Below, one piece after another: positions 1 to 10,154 of a stretch of DNA of 64,000 nt. The position numbers and the translations under genes were made by a program. Origin of the DNA: an uncultured delta proteobacterium (GTDB lineage: Bacteria; Desulfobacterota; Binatia; HRBIN30; BPIQ01). Below the pieces are notes generated by a model. It saw nothing but the letters and a program-made list of their open reading frames with translations, did not search any database and had not been told where the DNA came from. Each line of letters begins with the position of its first letter. Within the stretch, counting starts at the first letter, position 1. The stretch covers positions 1 through 64,000 of the forward strand of contig CAVXGR010000011.1 in NCBI GenBank assembly GCA_963761335.1, written 5' to 3'.

Positions 1-57
1 CCAGGAGAGAAGCTCATCGGCGACCTGCACAGAGTGCTTGGGATTGAGGAGGAGTAA
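1..57 (+). CDS. 3' end of a gene entering from outside the window (PGEKLIGDLHRVLGIEEE*), product unknown
   Basis: Open frame from base 1 to TAA at 55-57; only 18 codons visible. Confidence 0.35.
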   Translation, partial: PGEKLIGDLHRVLGIEEE

Positions 58-209
58 GGGAAGGTCTCTGCGTACCCGTCCGGAAAACTCCATCACCTCG
101 AAATTCCGACACAATAGCGACCGGCATCCGCGCCGTTACGTCTGGCATTGAGCAGGCCGACTGGCACGGATACCGTGCCGCCATGCGAGCTGTTCTCGTT
201 GTCCTTCCC

Positions 210-395
210 CGGCGTCTCGCTCAGTGGCAAGCAAGTAGCGTCGAGCGGCGGCCGGCTGCTCGCGAGCGATGTATTCCACCTGCTCGGTGAGGTTCGCGCT
301 CAGCGGCGCGTTTTAGAACGAGCCGCTTTGCCACCGCGCTTTCGCTCTGCATCCAGCTCTTCGATGCGGGCATGCAGCTTCTTGAAGAGAGCCCT
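210..395 (-). pseudogene. Remnant of a ParD/ParE-like type II toxin-antitoxin pair
   Basis: The minus strand reads ALFKKLHARIEELDAERKRGGKAARSKTRR* (antitoxin-like tail, TGA at 300-302). This overlaps GTG at 334, which reads MAKRLVLKRAAER(frameshift)NLTEQVEYIAREQPAAARRYLLATE and resembles ParE N-termini. No complete ORF. Confidence 0.5.
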
Positions 396-1620
396 CACGC
401 TTCTCCATCAGCTCGCACCAGACGGCCGGATCCTCCTGGTAGACGACGCGGCGTCTGTCGCGAATTGCCTCCGCCAGCCCCTCGTCCCATGGCGTGGGAG
501 GCACCGCACCTGCCTCCGGCCATTCCGAAGCCCTTTCCAGGTCGGCGGCGAGATACATGGCCCTGGTCATGGCAATCTTCGCCCCGTACCGCGATGCCAT
601 GAAGTCAGCAATCAAGAGGCCCGCCGTGTCGTAGTCGCCCGCGTAGTGCACCTCGATTCCCTGGGCGCGCCCCGCCTCCAGTAGCCGTTGCGCGTCCAGC
701 GAAGGCCATCCGGAAGTGCACACGAGCGCGCCGGTGTAGCCCGCCAGGACGGCCGCCTCGACAACCGACGGGTTCTCGACGCAGAGCCACCTACCGGAGG
801 AGAACCTCGGAAGGCCGGCGTCGAGCAAGGCGCCCGACACGTGGACCGGCGTCGCCACAGCCGCGCCGGCCTCGAGCATCCGCCCGAGTGGGGAGTCGGA
901 CTGTGCCCGAAGGCCATAGGTGATCACCGCGGACGAGAGACGGTCCACGATCACTCCGAGTTCCTGCAAGGCGCGTCGAGCCGCGCTGCCGTCGGGCTCT
1001 CGGTCGGCCGACCCGATTCCCGCCATCTCCGCGGCCGCAATCTGAAGATATCGCCCACACGTCGTATTGGCGTCGAGGACGTGCGGGTCGCCGCTGATCT
1101 GCCAGGCAAGCATGGGGAGCGGCACCGGCGACGCCGGCGGCAGGCGGTCGAGGGTGTCCGCCAGCAGAGCCAGGGCGCGCCAGTGCTCGTCGACGTCGCC
1201 GCCGGGAACGCCCGCTGCGCGGATGCGACCGAGGGTGCCGGGGACGCGCGCACCGAGGCGTTCATCCACCCGAGACCAAAGAGCCGCGCGCGCTTCCAGA
1301 GACGCAGCGCGCGCCGCGGCGCGGTTGCCGATCGGACCACAGATCCGCTCGACCAGGCGGCGGAGCTCGGCCTCCCTCCCCAGGCCGAGCGCCGCCGCCA
1401 GCTTCGCTGCATCGAGAGCCACCGCCGGTTGGTCCGGTAGGCGCCGAAGGCCGAGCAGTGACGCGAGACTTCGCCGCCCCCGGTCGTCGAGGCCGGTGAC
1501 CACGATGCGCCGCACCGGCCGTTCGGAGGCGCCCATCCGCCGCGCCAGCTCCTCCCACACCGGGCCGAGTGGACGAAGACCGTCCCACTCCATCGCCCGA
1601 TCGACCGGATCCCGCGTCAT
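313..1620 (-). CDS. jetD: Wadjet type II nuclease JetD (TIGR02679 / DUF3323-DUF2399-like, Toprim)
   Basis: Motifs CVENPSVV, CTSGWPS, YAGDYDTAGL (Toprim DxD), TPWD and VYQE; ATGA overlap with the stop of the upstream SMC gene. Confidence 0.85.
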   Translation of the reverse strand: MTRDPVDRAMEWDGLRPLGPVWEELARRMGASERPVRRIVVTGLDDRGRRSLASLLGLRRLPDQPAVALDAAKLAAALGLGREAELRRLVERICGPIGNRAAARAASLEARAALWSRVDERLGARVPGTLGRIRAAGVPGGDVDEHWRALALLADTLDRLPPASPVPLPMLAWQISGDPHVLDANTTCGRYLQIAAAEMAGIGSADREPDGSAARRALQELGVIVDRLSSAVITYGLRAQSDSPLGRMLEAGAAVATPVHVSGALLDAGLPRFSSGRWLCVENPSVVEAAVLAGYTGALVCTSGWPSLDAQRLLEAGRAQGIEVHYAGDYDTAGLLIADFMASRYGAKIAMTRAMYLAADLERASEWPEAGAVPPTPWDEGLAEAIRDRRRVVYQEDPAVWCELMEKREGSLQEAACPHRRAGCRAKARWQSGSF

Positions 1621-4600
1621 TCCGCTCCGTTGACGCCAATGGGCGGCCCGCTCGATCGAGATTCATCAAGGGGAGGCGCGACGCTCGAATCCGGCGCCGA
1701 CACCCGCGTCTCGACGCCATTCCAGACGAGACGCGTGGTGGTGGTCTTGTCGTTGCCGAGCTTCTGGAGGACATGAATCGCAATGCCGTCGAGGGTGTCG
1801 TACTCGCAGCGATCCTTGTCCGAGGTGAACACCGCATCGAGCTTCAAGATTGGCAGGAGCCCCATCAGCTTTCGCTTGTTCGCAAAGTCGAGCTTGGGGA
1901 ACAGCTCGTCCATCAGCAGCAAGCGCGGCGAGATACACGGAGGCTCGTTCGATGCAGGCTCGTAGTGGGCGGTCACCGCCGCGAGCAGCGGCAGCACCAT
2001 TACCATCGTCTTCTCGCCAGTCGACAGGCTGACCTTCCTGCTGTCGAGCGCCCGCGGCTTGTCACCGAAGCGGTTGTGATGCACGAGGACGCGGAAGCGG
2101 TGCCACGCCCGGTAGTCGAGCATCCGCGCCAGCCGATCGCGCCAGTCCCCGGTGTCGTCCTCGGCAGCGCGAACTCGCTCGATCCGCCCCCTCAGAAACG
2201 CATCGAGCTCGGCGCGCCCGTGCTCGACAGGCGAATCGCGCAGGAGCAGCTCTTTCGCCTGGCGGAGCTCCAGGGCTTCGCTCAGGTCCGGGTCGATCTC
2301 CCACTTGAGGCGCACCATGACCCCTCCGGCCTCGGTCCGAACCTCGCCGAGAAGCGCGTTGATTCGATCGACCAGTGTCTGTGCGGCCCAGAGGCGCTCC
2401 TTGAGGTGCTCGCGCACCGATCCGGACAGAATCTCCTCGAACAGCTCCTGTTGCTTCTGAGTCAGCTCCGCGCTGGCGGCATTGAGATCGTCGCGCAGTC
2501 CCTCGAGCAGCCCGAGTGCGGACAGAACGATGCCCTCGCGGCGGGCGCGGAGAACGGACCAGCCGCGCTCGCTCGTCTCGAACGACAGATCGGCGCGTCC
2601 CGCGAGCTGCCGCGACGCATCCCCAACCCGCCCTACCACCGTGTTGGACATCCGGGTGAGGTCGGCGTCCTCGGGAAGGCCCGGAAGCACGCCCGACGAT
2701 CGAACCCGACGGGCGGCGTCGAGAATCGCCGTCGTCGAGCCCAGCGACTCGCTCCCCGGTGGATTCTCGATCTGGGCGTCCGCGACGATCCCGTCGCTAC
2801 ACAGCGACACGAACGCTTCCCCAACCCGCGTGCGCTGCGCTTCGGCGTCGGCTCGGCGTCTCTCCGCCTCCATCAAAGCGACGGCGGCCCTGCCCTTTTC
2901 CTCGCCAGCCTCGTTCCGCTGCGCACGCACGCTCCTCTGCTCCGCCTGGATCTCGGCACGACGCCCGGTCGCTTTGCGGATCTCGTCGAGGACCTCGCGA
3001 TAGTCGGCTCCCACCGCCGCCTCGACGGCGGCGAATTTCGCGGCGGTCTCCTGCTGCTCGCCTCGACGCGCCCGAGCCGTCTCGGCGCGCCGGCTCGCCT
3101 CCGCCTCGAGATCCGCAGCCGCGTCCGCGGCTCGGTCCGCGTCCCGCTTGCTCGCTTCCATCCGATCCAGATGCCGCTCGAAGGCGACGACGCCGCTCCT
3201 GATGCCGGCGAGCCGCCGGCCGACGTCGTCGAGCCGCGCCGATTCCGCCGGGAGATCGTGGCCGCTCGCCACCCGCTGGAGCTGGAGCTGATGGCGCTTC
3301 ATCTCTTCGTTGGCCTCGAAGAGACGCGTGTTCGCCTGGACCAGCGCGCCTCTCGCCGACTCCACTCTGACGCGACTTCGATCCAGAGCCTGCTCCGCTT
3401 CGCGGATCGGCGCGGTGGGCGGAAAGGCGCGCAGCTCATGATCGCAGCGCTCGAGCCTCGCCTCCAGCACCTGGCGTTCCGCCTGCAGGGAGTCTCGCTC
3501 CGCCTCGCGCTCGGCGATTTCCCGATCCAGCGATGCGATTCGCGCCCTGCGGGTCGCCTCCCGCGAGCTGGCGCCGATGTAGCGAGCCGGGCCGAGCGCC
3601 GCCCGCCCGGCGAGCCGCGTCGACCTCCAGCTCCCGTCCCTGCCGATGAGCACCCCCTGATCCGGGGTCGGCGCCACGTGGGCATCGCGCTCGATCAGGG
3701 CGAGGGAGGAGAGAAGCCTCTCGACCGTCTCGCGGCTCAAGGCATCGGTCGCGAGGTCCGGCTCGAGCAGCGCTCCGAGCGTGTGCTCGAGTCCGGGCGC
3801 GGTGGATGCCGGCGTCTCCAAGAGCAACAGGTCGGATTCCCCATCGGCGATCGAGACCCGCCCGTCCGCGGAGACCCAGGCGTCCAGCAGATGCGACTCG
3901 GCCAAGGCGGACTCGACGTTGCCGCGGATCCCCTCCTCGATTCCCTCGCGGAACTGCACGAGTCGCCACAAAGGAGCGCCCGCGAGACCGGTCCGCTCGC
4001 GGCGGCCGGGCGGACTCTCCGGCTCGGGCTCCTTCCCCGCGACCCATGCTTCTCGCTCGTTTCGCAGCTCCTCCAGCTCCGCTTCCACTACGGCGAGCCG
4101 CTGCTGGACCTGTGATCTGCGATCGATCAGCGGCTCCTGGGCGCGACTCCGTGCCTCCGCCACCCGCTCGGCCGCGGTATCCGGCTCGTCCAGTGCGGCA
4201 AGATAAGGCGAGAGCTCGCGCGCCTCGGCGCGCCAGCTGCTGACGGCGCTCTCCCAAGTCCTCCGGGCTTCTTCGGCGGCCTGCGCCGCGGCGTGCGCTT
4301 CCTCCTCGAGACGGCTGAGGTGCGCCTCGCACGCCGCTTGATGCTGCTGCGCGCTCTTGCGGCGCTCGGTGGCGAGCTCGAGGGCGCGGAGCTCGGCGCG
4401 CACCTCGCGAATGCCCTGCTCGCGCCCTTCGATCCACACGCCGGCGACCCCGGGCAGCGCTTGGTCGGTGATCTCCGCGAGCATTCCCGCGCCGAGCGCC
4501 GCGGCGGCGGTCTCGAGCTCCTGGCGAGCGCGGCGCAGCTGCGAAGTGACACGTTCATGGTGATCACTCGCCTCCGTGGCGCGCTGGCGGGCGTGCTGCG

Positions 4601-5729
4601 CGCGTTCCCGACCTGTACTCGCATCGCGCTCGGACTCCTCGGCGCGTCTTCTGGCACCATCGGCCGCCTGCTGGAGATCCTCGAGCGCTGCGCCGTGCTT
4701 GTAGGCCTCGGAGCTCTTCAGGCCGTCCAAGCGCCCGGTGAGGCTCTGGTCCTCGACTTCCAGGGCCTGCTCGCGCGCTTCCAGATCGGTGACGCGCGTC
4801 TTGCACTCCTCGAGCTGCGCGGCGAGACGCCGCACGTCTCTGGTCACATTGTCGAGCGCAGTCGTCGCCGCAACCACCTCTCCGACCACACGCGCCACCA
4901 CCGCCCTCGCGTAGGCGCGGTTGGCCTCGGCGAGGCGGCGGGTCGCCGCAATGTCGCTCTCGATCTGGGCGATGTGGTCGCGCCGCCGATCGAGATCGGC
5001 AAAGCCGTCGGCGACGCGCCCGAGCTCGAGCTCGTCCAGCGGCGGCAAGGCCTCGGAGAGCAGCGTCGAGAGGGTCGCCGGCGAGAGGCCTTCGGTGACG
5101 TTCTGCTTGCGCACCACCAGCAGCGTGCGGATGAGAGCATCGAGGCGGTCTTCCGACCATCCGGGAAACAAGGTGGTGCGGACGGTGTGCCGATAGCCGC
5201 CGGTGTCGGCGCCCCAGACCTTTCCTGTCCCGGCAAGGGCCTCCGCCAGCTGCTCCACGGACAGCGGCCGGCGATGCTCGTCGAGAAGGGAGAAGTCGAC
5301 GCCGACGCGACGCGAGGTGGTGAACCAGTGCTTCTCGCCGCCCCCGGAGGGCTTCGCCCGCAGACGCACTCCGGCCGTGAAGCTCGTGCCGTCGTCCTGC
5401 GCGAACTCGAGCCAGAGATAGCCGGTGCGAGGTTCTCCTTCGTCGTACCCGCTCACGCGCTCCCACAGGCCGCCGCGATCCGCACCCGAGGTGGAGAGAC
5501 GCCCCGGCATGCCCTTGGCGTCGAGCAAGTGCGGCAGCAGGAGCTCGAGCGCCATGGTCTTGCCGGAGCCGTTCGGCCCGTACAGCACCAGGCGTCCCTG
5601 CTCGAACTCCAAGACCTCGTCCGTGTACTGCCAGACGTTGAGCAGGCCGGCCCGCGACGGGTACCAACGATGCGCGGCGACGGACACGGGGACCGCAGAC
5701 TCGGAAGGGCCGTCGAGGATCGGGATCAC
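1617..5729 (-). CDS. jetC: Wadjet type II SMC-like ATPase JetC (TIGR02680-like)
   Basis: 1370 aa; Walker A GPNGSGKT, long coiled coils, C-terminal LDYRAWHRF, signature LSTGEK, Walker B LLLMDE; GTGA overlap with jetB. Confidence 0.9.
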   Translation of the reverse strand: MIPILDGPSESAVPVSVAAHRWYPSRAGLLNVWQYTDEVLEFEQGRLVLYGPNGSGKTMALELLLPHLLDAKGMPGRLSTSGADRGGLWERVSGYDEGEPRTGYLWLEFAQDDGTSFTAGVRLRAKPSGGGEKHWFTTSRRVGVDFSLLDEHRRPLSVEQLAEALAGTGKVWGADTGGYRHTVRTTLFPGWSEDRLDALIRTLLVVRKQNVTEGLSPATLSTLLSEALPPLDELELGRVADGFADLDRRRDHIAQIESDIAATRRLAEANRAYARAVVARVVGEVVAATTALDNVTRDVRRLAAQLEECKTRVTDLEAREQALEVEDQSLTGRLDGLKSSEAYKHGAALEDLQQAADGARRRAEESERDASTGRERAQHARQRATEASDHHERVTSQLRRARQELETAAAALGAGMLAEITDQALPGVAGVWIEGREQGIREVRAELRALELATERRKSAQQHQAACEAHLSRLEEEAHAAAQAAEEARRTWESAVSSWRAEARELSPYLAALDEPDTAAERVAEARSRAQEPLIDRRSQVQQRLAVVEAELEELRNEREAWVAGKEPEPESPPGRRERTGLAGAPLWRLVQFREGIEEGIRGNVESALAESHLLDAWVSADGRVSIADGESDLLLLETPASTAPGLEHTLGALLEPDLATDALSRETVERLLSSLALIERDAHVAPTPDQGVLIGRDGSWRSTRLAGRAALGPARYIGASSREATRRARIASLDREIAEREAERDSLQAERQVLEARLERCDHELRAFPPTAPIREAEQALDRSRVRVESARGALVQANTRLFEANEEMKRHQLQLQRVASGHDLPAESARLDDVGRRLAGIRSGVVAFERHLDRMEASKRDADRAADAAADLEAEASRRAETARARRGEQQETAAKFAAVEAAVGADYREVLDEIRKATGRRAEIQAEQRSVRAQRNEAGEEKGRAAVALMEAERRRADAEAQRTRVGEAFVSLCSDGIVADAQIENPPGSESLGSTTAILDAARRVRSSGVLPGLPEDADLTRMSNTVVGRVGDASRQLAGRADLSFETSERGWSVLRARREGIVLSALGLLEGLRDDLNAASAELTQKQQELFEEILSGSVREHLKERLWAAQTLVDRINALLGEVRTEAGGVMVRLKWEIDPDLSEALELRQAKELLLRDSPVEHGRAELDAFLRGRIERVRAAEDDTGDWRDRLARMLDYRAWHRFRVLVHHNRFGDKPRALDSRKVSLSTGEKTMVMVLPLLAAVTAHYEPASNEPPCISPRLLLMDELFPKLDFANKRKLMGLLPILKLDAVFTSDKDRCEYDTLDGIAIHVLQKLGNDKTTTTRLVWNGVETRVSAPDSSVAPPLDESRSSGPPIGVNGAE

Positions 5730-6982
5730 GGCGTCGCCTCCGGCCGCTTGGCTTTGGCGGCCGCACTCGACGGGCCAACGACGCGCACGGAGAAGCGCGC
5801 TGCCGCCGGGCGAGGGACGATGCTCTCGCCGACGCGCCGTACGAGCCCGAACTCCTCGAGCACGTCGATGGCATCGGCGAGCAATGCGTCGACACCGTCG
5901 GCGGCGCGGAATGCCCGCGCCCAGCCCGGGGTTCGCGCCAGGTGGTCCTCGAGCGCCAGACGAAGCGACGACGTCGATCTGGGGAGCGCCTGTCGCCGAC
6001 CGTCGGGCCCGACCTGGACCAGCATCGCGAGCACGATGGCGGCGGCCTGCTCCGCGGTCGAGGACCGGCCGGCGGAAGTGAAGGTGGTGGCCGTTGATTC
6101 GCGGGAAGGATCGATCGCCAGCCAGACATCGGCGTGCCGCTCCACGGAAAATCCGGCCGCGCCCGCCGCGGAGATCGCCTTGTCGCGCCCGGCCGGCGTC
6201 AACAGGTACTGGCGCACGCCCGGGTGCAGCTCATCCAGATCGACGGCCGGCCCATCGAGCAGGCGGCGGACCGCCTGATGCCTGGACCAGCGGGCCCGCT
6301 GGTCCCGATCGGTGTTCTCCGGATCGGTTGCCGCCGTGCCGTAGCGAGGCTCATGGGTCAGCTGCTCGATCCACTGCGAAGGCGAGTCCGCCCGGATTCG
6401 CGACGGCGCCGTGTCCGAGGACAGCAACAACGGGATCAGAGTCGTGTCTGCGACCAGAACGGCGTCGGTCTCCTGCGAGCCCCCGAATCCGTCGATCTCG
6501 CCGGCGGTCACGTCCACGGCGCCGATCTCGATCATCCACAGGAGGACGTCGACAAAGGCGATGCGATCCGCATGGCGGCCGATGTCGAGGGGACGCAGAG
6601 CGCCGTCGGCGGCGCAGATGCGCCCGATCGCATCGGCCAGATCGCCGAGGGTCGTATGGGGGCGGCGAAGCAGCTCGGCGCAGGTGAGCGCCAGTAGCTG
6701 ATAGCGGAAGGCATCGAACGGCCGCTTGCTGGAGCGTGTGCGGCGCAAGCCGCGGCGCGGGTCGGGGCTCTGGGTGCGCTTGTGCAGCCGGGCGATGCCG
6801 GCGCGGACGTCGACGTAGAGCTGCCAGCCGAGGTTGTCCTCGAACCACGGCTCCAGGAAGCCTCGAAGGGAGGCGAGGTTGCGGAAGAGCTCCTCATTTC
6901 GGCGGCGAAGGATGAGCGGGCAGGCGAGCAGGGCGCGAATTGCGGAGGCGCGAGTCTCGGCATCCTGATTGGACAGGCTCAT
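5726..6982 (-). CDS. jetB: Wadjet type II JetB (TIGR02678 / DUF2398-like)
   Basis: Start MSLSNQD at 6982 with GAGGA RBS; motifs 'WFEDNLGWQL..ARLHK', 'RRLLDGPAV' and 'PRPAAARF'; lies between jetA and jetC. Confidence 0.8.
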   Translation of the reverse strand: MSLSNQDAETRASAIRALLACPLILRRRNEELFRNLASLRGFLEPWFEDNLGWQLYVDVRAGIARLHKRTQSPDPRRGLRRTRSSKRPFDAFRYQLLALTCAELLRRPHTTLGDLADAIGRICAADGALRPLDIGRHADRIAFVDVLLWMIEIGAVDVTAGEIDGFGGSQETDAVLVADTTLIPLLLSSDTAPSRIRADSPSQWIEQLTHEPRYGTAATDPENTDRDQRARWSRHQAVRRLLDGPAVDLDELHPGVRQYLLTPAGRDKAISAAGAAGFSVERHADVWLAIDPSRESTATTFTSAGRSSTAEQAAAIVLAMLVQVGPDGRRQALPRSTSSLRLALEDHLARTPGWARAFRAADGVDALLADAIDVLEEFGLVRRVGESIVPRPAAARFSVRVVGPSSAAAKAKRPEATP

Positions 6983-6992
6983 GAGCGCTTCC

Positions 6993-8573
6993 TCAATATG
7001 CCGCAGCGCCGGCGGCGGCGTCCCGCCACACAGCGCCGGTCGCAATGTCGGTGCCGCGCAGCCGCACCGAGAGGCGGAAGTCGGGGGCGATGAGCGCGCC
7101 GAGATCGGTCTCCAGGCGACAGGTGCGCTGTGTGTCCAAGGGGTAGACAACCACCTCGACCTGTCCATCGCTCGAGAAGCATTGCCGCGTCCCATCGGCC
7201 AGCGGCAGTGCCGTGAGGGCGGCGCACAGCAGGTCGATCAGATCGCGAAACTGCTCGTAATCGAGTCGGCCGTAGCTCTGTAGCCGCACCGCGCCGTCGG
7301 TGAGAATGGCGGCCCGCATGACCGCGGTTTGCTGCAAGCGGGCCGCTTGCTCGGCTGCGGCGCGGGCCCGCTCGCTGCGGGGGTCAGCGACCGGCCGTTC
7401 GCGGCTGGCTTGGCGTGTCGCCGCTTGCACGCGCAGGGCCGACGTCAGGTCGATTGCGGGGTTCTGCGCCGCCGCGGTGGCCGGGTCGATCTCCTCCATG
7501 TCGTCGGGCCCCAGATCGTGGTGCCGAGCACCGTGCAGCTCGAAGGCGGCAACGAACAGCCGCGTCGCCTCCTCATCGTCGCCGCAGGCGGCAAAGCCGC
7601 GCGCCATCGCCGTGAAGTCGTCGATGATACTCGCCGAGCGGCGGCGATGTGCACGGCGGAGCTCCATGACCCGCAGGAACTGGAGCACCCAGTCGCGGCC
7701 CCGCCCGCGCAATCGCGCCATCCGCGGCGCAGAGCCGTCTGCGGTGCGGAGAAACCATTCGTCCAGAGCCGCCAGACGGCGCCGGCGCTCCTCGAGCCAG
7801 CGGGGCGCGGGATCTCCAAGGAGCGGATCGGGCGCCAGGTTCGCGCCCGCCAGGGCACGGTCGAGAACCAGCGCATCGCCGAGCTCGTGGAGCTTTCGCA
7901 GCGCCTCCGCAGCCCGCGCCGCCGGCTGCTCCGCATCGTGGATGTAGCGGGTCAGGTATTCAATGATGGCGTCGCGGGCCTGTGCGATCACCAGGTCATC
8001 GAGTGTCGGATCACTCAGAAGGTGCGAGAGCTGGCTCTGGAAGCGACGGACGTTGTCCACCAGCGACTGGTGGTGGTGCTCGGCCTGCTGCAGCTCAACG
8101 TGGATGAGGGCACTGTCGGAGGTCGGGTCTACGGCCAGGCGCACTACCCGGGCGATCGATTGCGCCAGGGAATCGATCGCCGCCGGCTGCAGGCTGGCGA
8201 CCGCGGCGAGAAAGCGGGTCGCCTCGTCGAGGACGGCGACGGCCGTCTGACCATGTGCCGTCAGCGACCACTGCAGGTTGCGGCGCTGGAACTCCGCAGG
8301 CGTTCGGTAGGTGGCGGACTCGTTGCGCGACTCGTCCAGGAGCGACCATTCCACCAGCTGGTCCAGGCTCCTACGGACACCGGCGTCATCGATCTGGAGG
8401 TCAGGGGCCTGGTGCGGGAGCGCCACCAGGATGTCCTCGAGCGTCAGAGCCGGATCGGTCAGCTCGCGCTCGGCAAACAGCGAGAGGACCGCCAGGTGCA
8501 GGTCGCGGTTGTCTGTCGTCGCCACCTGGAAGATGGACCTGGGAGTCGCTCGCCATCCTTCTTGTCGCATCAT
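6993..8573 (-). CDS. jetA: Wadjet type II JetA (TIGR02677 / DUF2397-like)
   Basis: Motifs 'LDQLVEWSLL...EFQRRNLQWSLT', 'WF' and 'AAFELHGARH'; first gene of the four-gene operon; start taken at MMRQEG. Confidence 0.8.
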   Translation of the reverse strand: MMRQEGWRATPRSIFQVATTDNRDLHLAVLSLFAERELTDPALTLEDILVALPHQAPDLQIDDAGVRRSLDQLVEWSLLDESRNESATYRTPAEFQRRNLQWSLTAHGQTAVAVLDEATRFLAAVASLQPAAIDSLAQSIARVVRLAVDPTSDSALIHVELQQAEHHHQSLVDNVRRFQSQLSHLLSDPTLDDLVIAQARDAIIEYLTRYIHDAEQPAARAAEALRKLHELGDALVLDRALAGANLAPDPLLGDPAPRWLEERRRRLAALDEWFLRTADGSAPRMARLRGRGRDWVLQFLRVMELRRAHRRRSASIIDDFTAMARGFAACGDDEEATRLFVAAFELHGARHHDLGPDDMEEIDPATAAAQNPAIDLTSALRVQAATRQASRERPVADPRSERARAAAEQAARLQQTAVMRAAILTDGAVRLQSYGRLDYEQFRDLIDLLCAALTALPLADGTRQCFSSDGQVEVVVYPLDTQRTCRLETDLGALIAPDFRLSVRLRGTDIATGAVWRDAAAGAAAY

Positions 8574-8901
8574 CTCGCAGCTCGAGCCCCCGGTGTTTTG
8601 ACAACGGCTCAGGCCCCAACGCAAGCATTTGCCGCCCGAGACCGGGGCCCAACCAGTCGCCCCGAGCCAGCACCACCCGCGAGGTCTTCCGCGTCGGATG
8701 GGAACGCCGGCTGAGCGGCGGCAGCCCAGGGGGATCTGGCTAGCTCTTCTTGATCTTGGCCACCATTGAAGACGCGCTGCGCAACCATTTCTGACCGGCG
8801 GGGAGTCGCCGGATCAGGAGTATGCGGCGGTCGACCCCGCGGCAAAACAACCATACGAGCATCCCACATAGCACTTTCGCTCTCCAGGCGAAAGTGATGG
8901 C

Positions 8902-8990
8902 TGCGCCTCGCCAAAACCCCATCCGCCGCGATCGCTCCGCTTGCCATGGCCGACGTGCGTTCGCATCCTCCCGGAATGCTTCTCCTCAGT
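8902..8990 (+). mobile_element. Left end of IS481-like element (family A): TIR, putative promoter and first codons
   Basis: TGCGCCTCGCCAAAACCCCATCCGC...TTGCCA-N17-CATCCT-N6-ATG CTT CTC CTC. Related copies occur at 42005 (+) and 30028 (-), and it is complementary to the right end at 17079-17103. Confidence 0.7.
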
Positions 8991-9017
8991 GGCCTGTCGT
9001 GGTACGGCGATTCAACT

Positions 9018-9377
9018 GTGGACGCAGTAGATTTCGATCGGCAGGTACGAGTCCAGGCGTTTGCGTTCCTCGATCAGCAGCGGGCAACGTACGGCGACGT
9101 GCTACCGTGGAGCGTGCTGTCCGAAGGCTTTGTGTTTGACGGCCGACGAGTGCCCCTGATCGGGCCGCAGGGTATCTTCAAGCCGGGGGTGCGCCGACTG
9201 CATCAAGCCACCTTTCGGGAGCGGGTGCTGCATGCGTGTCGCACCAGCTGCGCCATCTGTCGGCTGCGGCACCGAGAGCTCCTCGATGCAGCCCACATTC
9301 TTCCCGACGGCCATCCCCGCGGCGAGCCGGTGGTGCCGAGCGAGCTGGTGCGCCGGCTGCCGGTGCTACCGCGATGA
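9018..9377 (+). pseudogene. HNH endonuclease, internally deleted and C-terminally truncated
   Basis: The N-terminal 'VRVQAFAFL..GDVLPWSVLSEGFVFDGRRVPLIGPQGIFKP' is joined directly to 'RRLHQATFRERVL..CAICRLRHRELLDAAHILPD..GEPVVP'. The expected NGLALC..HH half of the HNH motif is absent. Confidence 0.7.
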
Positions 9378-10132
9378 GCTTCGCCGTCCCCGCTGAGGCC
9401 TACGACGCCTTCATGGGCCGCTACTCGACGCAGCTCGCCTCGGGGTTCGCCGACTTCGCGGGGATCCAGCCCGGACAGCGGGTCCTCGACGTCGGCTGCG
9501 GGCCGGGCGCGCTCGTGGCGGAGCTCGTCCGCCGTCTCGGGGCAAACGCAGTCGCGGCCGCCGACCCTTCCGAGCCATTCGTCGCGGCGGCCCGCCAGCG
9601 ACATCCAGGGGTGGACATCCGGCTCGCGGCCGCGGAGGAGCTTCCGTTCCCGGACGACGCCTTCGACGCGGCGCTCGCGCAGCTGGTGGTGCACTTCATG
9701 GCGGACCCGGTCGCCGGCGTGGCCGAGATGGCCCGCGTGACGCGGCCGGACGGCGTCGTCGCCGCGTGCGTCTGGGACTTCGGGGGCGGCCGGGCGCCGC
9801 TCTCGCCGTTCTGGCGCGCCGCGCGGCAGCTCGACCCGGGCGTCGAGAACGAATCGCACCTGGCGGGCGCCCGCGAGGGGCACCTCGCCGAGGTGCTCGC
9901 AGCGGCGGGGCTGCGCGACGTCAAGGCGGGGGAGGTCTCCTGCGTGCGCGAGTACGCGGGCTTCCAGGAATGGTGGCAGCCGTTCACGCTCGGCGTCGGG
10001 CCCGCCGGCGCGTACGCGCGGACCCTGAACCAGCCGGCGCTCCAGGCCCTGCGCGAGCGTTGCCACGCACTGCTTCCCGAGGGGCCATTCGCTGTTACCG
10101 CAGTCGCCTGGGCTGCCCGCGGACGGGTCTGA
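9374..10132 (+). CDS. Class I SAM-dependent methyltransferase
   Basis: AYDAFMGRYS; motif I VLDVGCGPG; AEELPFPDDAFD; EMARVTRPDG. Confidence 0.85.
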   Translation: MSFAVPAEAYDAFMGRYSTQLASGFADFAGIQPGQRVLDVGCGPGALVAELVRRLGANAVAAADPSEPFVAAARQRHPGVDIRLAAAEELPFPDDAFDAALAQLVVHFMADPVAGVAEMARVTRPDGVVAACVWDFGGGRAPLSPFWRAARQLDPGVENESHLAGAREGHLAEVLAAAGLRDVKAGEVSCVREYAGFQEWWQPFTLGVGPAGAYARTLNQPALQALRERCHALLPEGPFAVTAVAWAARGRV

Positions 10133-10154
10133 GACTCGCCGCCGCCGAGGCTCG

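Noticed and set aside
1569..4115. Long antisense ORFs (also 4293-6278, 28592-30637, 35108-37264, 39526-42069, 47550-50522, 60278-62539)
   Set aside because: These are shadow frames of real genes in high-GC DNA, with no recognisable motifs.
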